A stretch of 64,000 bases of DNA from the human T2T-CHM13v2.0 reference genome, Homo sapiens. A program made the translations under genes and the position numbers. The notes beneath the pieces were generated by a model. The model searched no databases. It was not told where the DNA came from and saw nothing but the letters and a program-made list of their open reading frames with translations. The stretch lies in the NCBI RefSeq assembly GCF_009914755.1, contig NC_060934.1. One strand, 5' to 3'. Below, one piece after another: positions 57,876-64,000 of this stretch; positions within the stretch are counted from its first letter, which is position 1, and each line of letters begins with the position of its first letter.

Positions 57876-58011
57876 TTGGCTTGGTTTCTCATTCTTTTGT
57901 TCACTTTTCGGAGTCATTTTCCTACCATTCATTTGTGCATGCAGTGTCTGAATTTCACATAACAAACTCCTATGTGCTTTCTGGAGGCATTCCATAGCTG
58001 CTTGATATTCA
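57876..58011 (-). other. ~136-bp non-L1 insert with a fully open reading frame
   Basis: Interrupts L1 consensus ATGTTCAT|GCAGCACTATTCAC; encodes EYQAAMECLQKAHRSLLCEIQTLHAQMNGRKMTPKSEQKNEKPSQ. Confidence 0.8.
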
Positions 58012-58569
58012 ACAGCACTATTCACAGTAGCAAAGACATAGAATCAACCTAAATGCCCATCAACAACAAATTGGATAAAGAAAATTGGGTACATTTATAC
58101 CATGGAATACCGTGCAGCCACAAAAAAGAATGAGTTCATGTATTTCGTGGGAACACGGATGGTGCTGGAGGCTATTATCGTTAGCAAACTAACACAGAAA
58201 CAGAAAACCAAATACCACATGTTCTCACTTATAAGTGGAAGCTAAATGATGAGAACTTACAAATGCGAAGGAGACAACAGACACTGGGGTCTACTTGAGG
58301 GTGGAGGGTGGGAGGAGGGAGAGGAGAAGAAAAGATAGCTATTGGGTACTGGGCTTAATACCTGGGTGATGAAGTAATCTGTACAACAAACCCCCATGAC
58401 ATGAGTTTACCTATGTAACAAACCTTCACATGTACCCCCAAACCTAAAATAACAGTTTTTTTAAAATAATCAATATTGTCCCAGTCCTCCATTTTACAGA
58501 TATGGAAGTTGTGATTAAAATGTGATTAATGTCACAGAAATACTAGGAAAGCCAAGCTTCTAACAGTCA

Positions 58570-59975
58570 TTCCAGGGTCACTGCCAGGGTGTCAAATCCT
58601 ATGTCACTGCACAGTATGACTATAACAACAAAGTGTCCCTTTCCTGACTTCCTATTCCCCATTCTTGATCCAGCATCTTTGGGATCCACTTCCAGGCATT
58701 TTCTCTGGGGTCCTGCTGGCTTAAGTCAGCCAGATCCTGCAGTGCCTTTGCCATATGATCCTCCCCTCCCTTAACAGACACTGTACTTACCCAGTTGGAT
58801 TATACTGAAACTTAGTCCTCATACTGTCTGGTATCGGGGAGAGAAGTGGGGGTAGATTCTGAGCAGGACCAACATTGTTTTGTAAGACACTTGACTTACT
58901 CGAAGCTTATAGTTTTCAAGCAAGGAGAAGGTCTTCCATCTTCCAGCAAGGGAGTGGGCCACCTCTGTAGGCCCAGATATTCCGGAGAAGCTGGGAGGCC
59001 AAGGTCCTTAAGTGTGTCTAATAAGTTTCCCCATTCCAATTCTCATGTTCCCACTTTTTTCCAATCAGGACCCTGATTCTCTTGAAGGAGACTTACACAG
59101 GCTGAGAATTAACCTTCTCTGGCGTTCTGCCACTCATAAGTACAGGCTGCACCTGGGCTTCAGTTCAGTTGGCCTTCTGGCTGCCAGTGATGAGGGACTT
59201 TTTAAAGGCTTCCATGGAGGCCCTTTGACTCTCACACTTGGGTTTAAATTGGTGGTTAATAGATTTGATCCTGGCATCTATACTTAGTGCATCAATGGTG
59301 CTTAGCAATACCCTCCCAATTCAACAATCTTTCAAGTTACTTTTCCACCTGTACTCTCAAATACTAGATACATCACAGAAGTTAATGCATTCGCTTCTAC
59401 TTATATGCTGTCCTGGTTCACTACAAGTAAAAGTGTTAGCAATTTCACTGCAGGAGCACATCTGAGACTATCTTCAGGGAAGAGATTCTGATGGGACCAC
59501 TGGTGAGTGAGCAAACTCCAGAATCCCATCCTTAGACTCAGGTGTATATAACTACTACTGCTATCAACTGTCTTAGATTGGGCTCTTGCAGCTGACCCTG
59601 AGAATTAGATTCCTGTCCAAGTGATTGCCTGAGGGAGTGCTCTCAGAAGAAATCTGAACAGCGAGGAAGGAAGCAGAATAGGACAGGAAAAGAAGCTGGG
59701 AAAGATATGGGTTTAGCTGAAGTCTAGCCTCAGTCTGATCCCACAGGGAGTTCTGGAGCCTCAGTTCTGTACACCCGTATCAATCAGTCATTGGCTGTGA
59801 GCTACCCACGGGGGAAGGCTGTTACCTTCCAGGCATTTTCTGAAATTGTTGGCTTGAATGGAATCCTCAGGGAAAGAGTGTGAACTATTAGCAGCCAACA
59901 CTCTCAGCAGCTAAGGGATGAGTACGCCAGCTCATTGAAGAGATTCTGGACAGGACACCAACAGCATCTTCAGTA
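58570..59975 (-). mobile_element. ERVL internal fragment (58570-59568) plus LTR16-like LTR (59569-59975)
   Basis: TGTCTTAGATTGGG...GACCCTGAGA LTR end with an adjacent PBS-like sequence. Confidence 0.65.
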
Positions 59976-59999
59976 AAGATGTACTTCAATGGTAAGGAC

Positions 60000-61960
60000 A
60001 CTGAACCCAGAAAGAAGGAGTCACATGCAAGAAGAAATGGTGGACCAAGAAATGTATAAACATCTGGCTATATCTGAATAAGCACTCTTATACACAACAA
60101 TAATGGGGAACAATGGCTAATTTGGAGATGGAGGGTATTTAAAAGGCAGAATTTAAACAATAAACATTAATAAGGAATATGGGGTAATTAGTATTGAAAG
60201 TTTCTAAAGCCCTTGTATTTTTGAGGTGAAGGGTAAATACATTAATTAAATTTAGATTTTATTATGTCAAGTTATACTTGTAAAAATTTAATGGAGCTCC
60301 CAGATGTAGGGAGTAAATTAAACACATGCATCAAATTTGGTCCTCCCCAAATCCAGTTAATTTGTCAGTGAATTTTTTTAAGTCCTGGGCCATGGGAAAA
60401 TAAACAATAATAACACAATTTTGGAAAATTGGATGAGTGAGAAAAGACTTAGCAGAACTCCCAAATTAAAGTACTAAACCAGCAGCAGGAAAGCCAAGAA
60501 GCAACTTGTTTTACACTCAAGAGCCTTCAAGTGTCAGGAATTGGCAGCATCAGATTCTTCTGGAAGTGTGGTGAAGAGGAGAGACTAAAATGAGAATGAT
60601 GCGTTGAAAGTTTATTTAAGAAGCAGTCAGATCACTAGATCCTTTCCAATCATGAAAAGGTACACTACCGCTTCTATTTCCCTTCTCTTTCCCAGGAAGC
60701 ATATTCACAGGAGAGAGAGAACAGGTTTCCTGCTTGGGGATCCCAAGCAGAGTTGAAGTTGGGAGCACTGTACTGAACAAAGCCAGCTTAAGAAAATGCA
60801 TGCATACTGAATGCCCACCTCTCTCTACTCCACTATCTCGCTTGACCCAGATCCAAAATAGTAGTAGCAGACTTTGACTCTTCTGACAGGAGATTGGAAG
60901 AATCTTACCTGATCAGTCCAGGAGGAAAACCTAAATGCAGTAACATCAGGGTTCCCTAACTAAGCTGTCCAGAACTTACCATCTTCACCAAAACAAGAAA
61001 TTAAACCAATAAAGTGGAAGATCAGGGCAACACACCCAGGACATACACCCAGGTTGGGAGACACATGTAGGAGAGTAAGACAGTGAGGCCAGAATGATGC
61101 TGAGGGAAAGTCCCAAGATGACAGCTTTATGTCTTACGCATCAGGCATAAAGACCAATAGGCCATCAGAAGAATGAAGCATATTTTGTCAGGAAGATGAA
61201 AGCAATGCATCTTAGTAGCTTAAGAGAAGATTTAGAGAACTGGCAAATAATTTGGGATTAAATTAGTGATAAGTACATAGAAAACTAAGCAAATGGTAAA
61301 ACAAGATAATTAGCTCCAGGGCAAGCAAAAAGCTGCTCAGGAAAGAAAAATTTATCATAGTTTCCTACATGGCTCAGCTGTGAACAGTTTGTGCATAGTT
61401 ATATTAATGTAAATATATTGCTTGATATCAAACGCAAACATAATATGACTGTATTGTGAGGGCGTGAAGAGGAAAGAAGGCACATATATGGTGGGAGCAG
61501 TCATTTTCTAGAGTGGGAAGTCAGTAGATAATACCAAAAACTGGAAAATTGAGAAATATAAGAAATTGAGAAATGAATGTTTTTTAGAGACATGGAAGTA
61601 GATACCAACATGACCAGTAAAAGAAATGTAAATGATTGTTTCAGGGGAAGGAAGGAGGGATATAAGGCTCATGAGGAAGTATCTGATATTTTCAACTATG
61701 AGTTTTTAAAATTTTTGGTGAAATAAAATCTAAATATAAAAACAAAGATGGAATGGGAATATAATGAAATATTCAACTAAAAATATTTCAATGGCAACTA
61801 CTGAAAGAATGCAAAGAAAATATATAATTTCCAAACCAGTATGAGGAGAAAAAAGAAAAAGAGAAAAAAATAAAACACTTCAGTAATCCCTCAGAAAACA
61901 GGAAAGAAGAATGGAAGAAGCAAAGCAGAAGCTTGGTAATAAAGAAAAGAAAAAAAAAGT
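60000..61960 (+). mobile_element. Ancient L1M fragments
   Basis: A-rich L1M-like texture; boundaries uncertain. Confidence 0.45.
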
Positions 61961-61966
61961 AAAAGA

Positions 61967-62367
<401 letters not shown>

Positions 62368-62774
62368 CTAAGGTAACCAGGCAAGCTTTGGAAGAGAAGT
62401 GTAAGAAGAAGAAAGGGATTTTAAAGAATGTGTGGATAAGTGTGACAGTCTTCAGCCAAACAAACTGATTCCCAGCAGTCAAAGACAAGTACTCAAGCAC
62501 TGCAGGGCCATGAGGACCTTGAGAAAAAGGAAAGGTGGTAAGGAAATCACTCAGAGTGGGCCCTGGGTGCTGGCCAATAGGTGGTGCTGTCTGTATGGAC
62601 AGCAGTGTTGTCATCCAGGGCAGCAACACAGTGGAAAGGAAATCCAAAGCTTAATGAGCCATTCACATATAAGAACCTTTGCCAGCTAAGTGTTCATAAT
62701 TTGAGAATTACATATATTTCAGTATTCATTATATGACTCAAGATTTCAATATTTCAATATTCAATCTACACAAC

Positions 62775-63126
62775 TGATATGGTTTGGCTCTGTGTCCCCA
62801 CCCAAATCTCATTTCAAATTGTAATCCCCACATGTTAGAGGAAAGGCATGGGGGGAGGTGACTGGATCATGGCGGTGGATTTCTCTCTTGCTGTTCTCAT
62901 GATAGTGAGTAAGTTCTCAAAAGATCTGATAGTTTTAAGGTGTGGCAATTCCCCCCTTGCTCTTTTACTCTCTCTTGCCACCATGTAAGATGTGTCTTGC
63001 TTCTCCTTCACCTTCTGCCATGATTGTAAGTTTCCCCAGCCCTGCAGAACTGTGAGTCAATTAAACCTCTTTTTCTTTATAAATTACCCATTCTCAAGTA
63101 GTTCTTTATAGCACTGTGAAGATACA
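62775..63126 (+). mobile_element. THE1D-like solo LTR
   Basis: TGATATGGTTTGGCTCTGTGTCCCCACCCAAATCTCA. Confidence 0.9.
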
Positions 63127-63169
63127 ATAACCAACACTTATACAATACAATAACCAACACTTAACTAGT

Positions 63170-63460
63170 ATTAATGATATACCCCTATTAAGCAAAAGGA
63201 TTTCTTGAGTGAAGTAAACCCAATAACCAGTATTTCTTTTCAAAAACATCTATAAAAATACTAGGTTTCTATAAAATTTTCCAGATACCACTTGATAGTC
63301 ATTCAATTGAACATTGAATATGCTTTGTCTCAATTTCCAACATTCAAGATAAATATTTTTTCTATTTTATTACCTTTTTCATTTTATCATTAAAATTATT
63401 ATATCATATTTTTTCATTTTTAAAGAGAGAGTATTTCAGTAACTTTATAAATTAAGTAAG
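63170..63460 (+). pseudogene. Dynein buttress / AAA5 small-domain remnant
   Basis: DIPLLSKRIS; LSEVNPI(NQY)SFQKHL (cf. YRPVA.R.S, L..VNPMYQYSL..F); QDKYFFYFITFFILSLKLL (cf. EKDKL.FSF.L..KI). Confidence 0.6.
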
Positions 63461-64000
63461 TTTTTGCTGGCCAATTTGGAAAACTAAACAACTATTTTAA
63501 AAGAGGAAAACGCACACCGGAATCAACAAGTAAAAATTGAATGTCATTTTTATTACTATTTTTACTTATAAGAATTATAGAAATATTTGGTTATTTCAAT
63601 TCCCTATGTGTATAACTCATCATAATTTGATAAGGAGATAGGTTTAAGTGTATGTGTATATAAAAAGAGACTGAAAGGAAAAAGATAAGTAGTTATCTCT
63701 GATTGGTTGTTGGGATTAGCTATATTTTCCAAATACTCTAGAATGAATATGTATTACTTTTGTATTATTAATTGGGTTAGGGATTAAAAAAACATTAGAC
63801 CTGTATGTTAAAGTTGAACCAGCATCGTCAGGAAGGATATAAAAATCACCTGCCAAACGATGTCCATTTCAATTTACTTTATGTCCTTTCTAGGACCACT
63901 GTGAGCAGTTGTAGGTACCTGTGAGAGTGCTCAATGTAAAAAACAATTTCTGTTACCCTAAATTGGGTTAATGATAAGTGTCTAAAGGAGATGTAGATCT

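Larger units (their letters stand above)
52124..58466 (+). mobile_element. Near-full-length old primate L1 (L1PREC2/L1PA13-15-like); ORF1 ~52870-53885 and ORF2 from ~53954, both disrupted
   Basis: ORF1 (PRHIIVRFSKV) and ORF2 ([35 protein letters not shown]) remnants. Degenerate TSD TAATAAATACTGTTCC/TAATCAATATTGTCCC. Confidence 0.92.

Noticed and set aside
44340-58000. Named lncRNAs recalled near NUTM2D (LINC00863/LINC00864)
   Set aside because: Exons cannot be defined from sequence alone.

Overview
Human (hominoid) genomic DNA. From the NUTM2 coding sequence, this is most likely the 10q23 segmental-duplication region at NUTM2D. (1) 1-3.9 kb: an extremely G-poor, CA-rich tract with two ERV1 LTRs and an Alu, followed by a CpG-rich promoter-like segment. 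(2) 7.5-16.6 kb: a 7-exon, GC-rich NUTM2-family gene on +. The spliced CDS is 2421 nt (806 aa, matching NUTM2D). A 1-nt deletion turns the NUTM2A-type start into an overlapping uORF. A perfect 33-bp intronic inverted repeat brackets exons 3-4 and extends over the exon-4 donor. (3) ~19-64 kb: AT-rich, repeat-dense DNA (Alu, L1, L2, MaLR, Tigger3, a THE1 provirus with a nested HERV-K LTR5, a near-full-length old L1PA). By manual translation, the unique sequence between these repeats reads as a colinear series of heavily decayed + strand exons of a dynein heavy chain motor domain (AAA2, AAA3, AAA4, stalk/MTBD, AAA5, buttress). This candidate lost (unitary) dynein heavy chain gene is the main finding. 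It rests on by-eye comparison with remembered dynein motifs and needs tblastn/HMM confirmation. Repeat subfamily names are by recognition and their boundaries are approximate.
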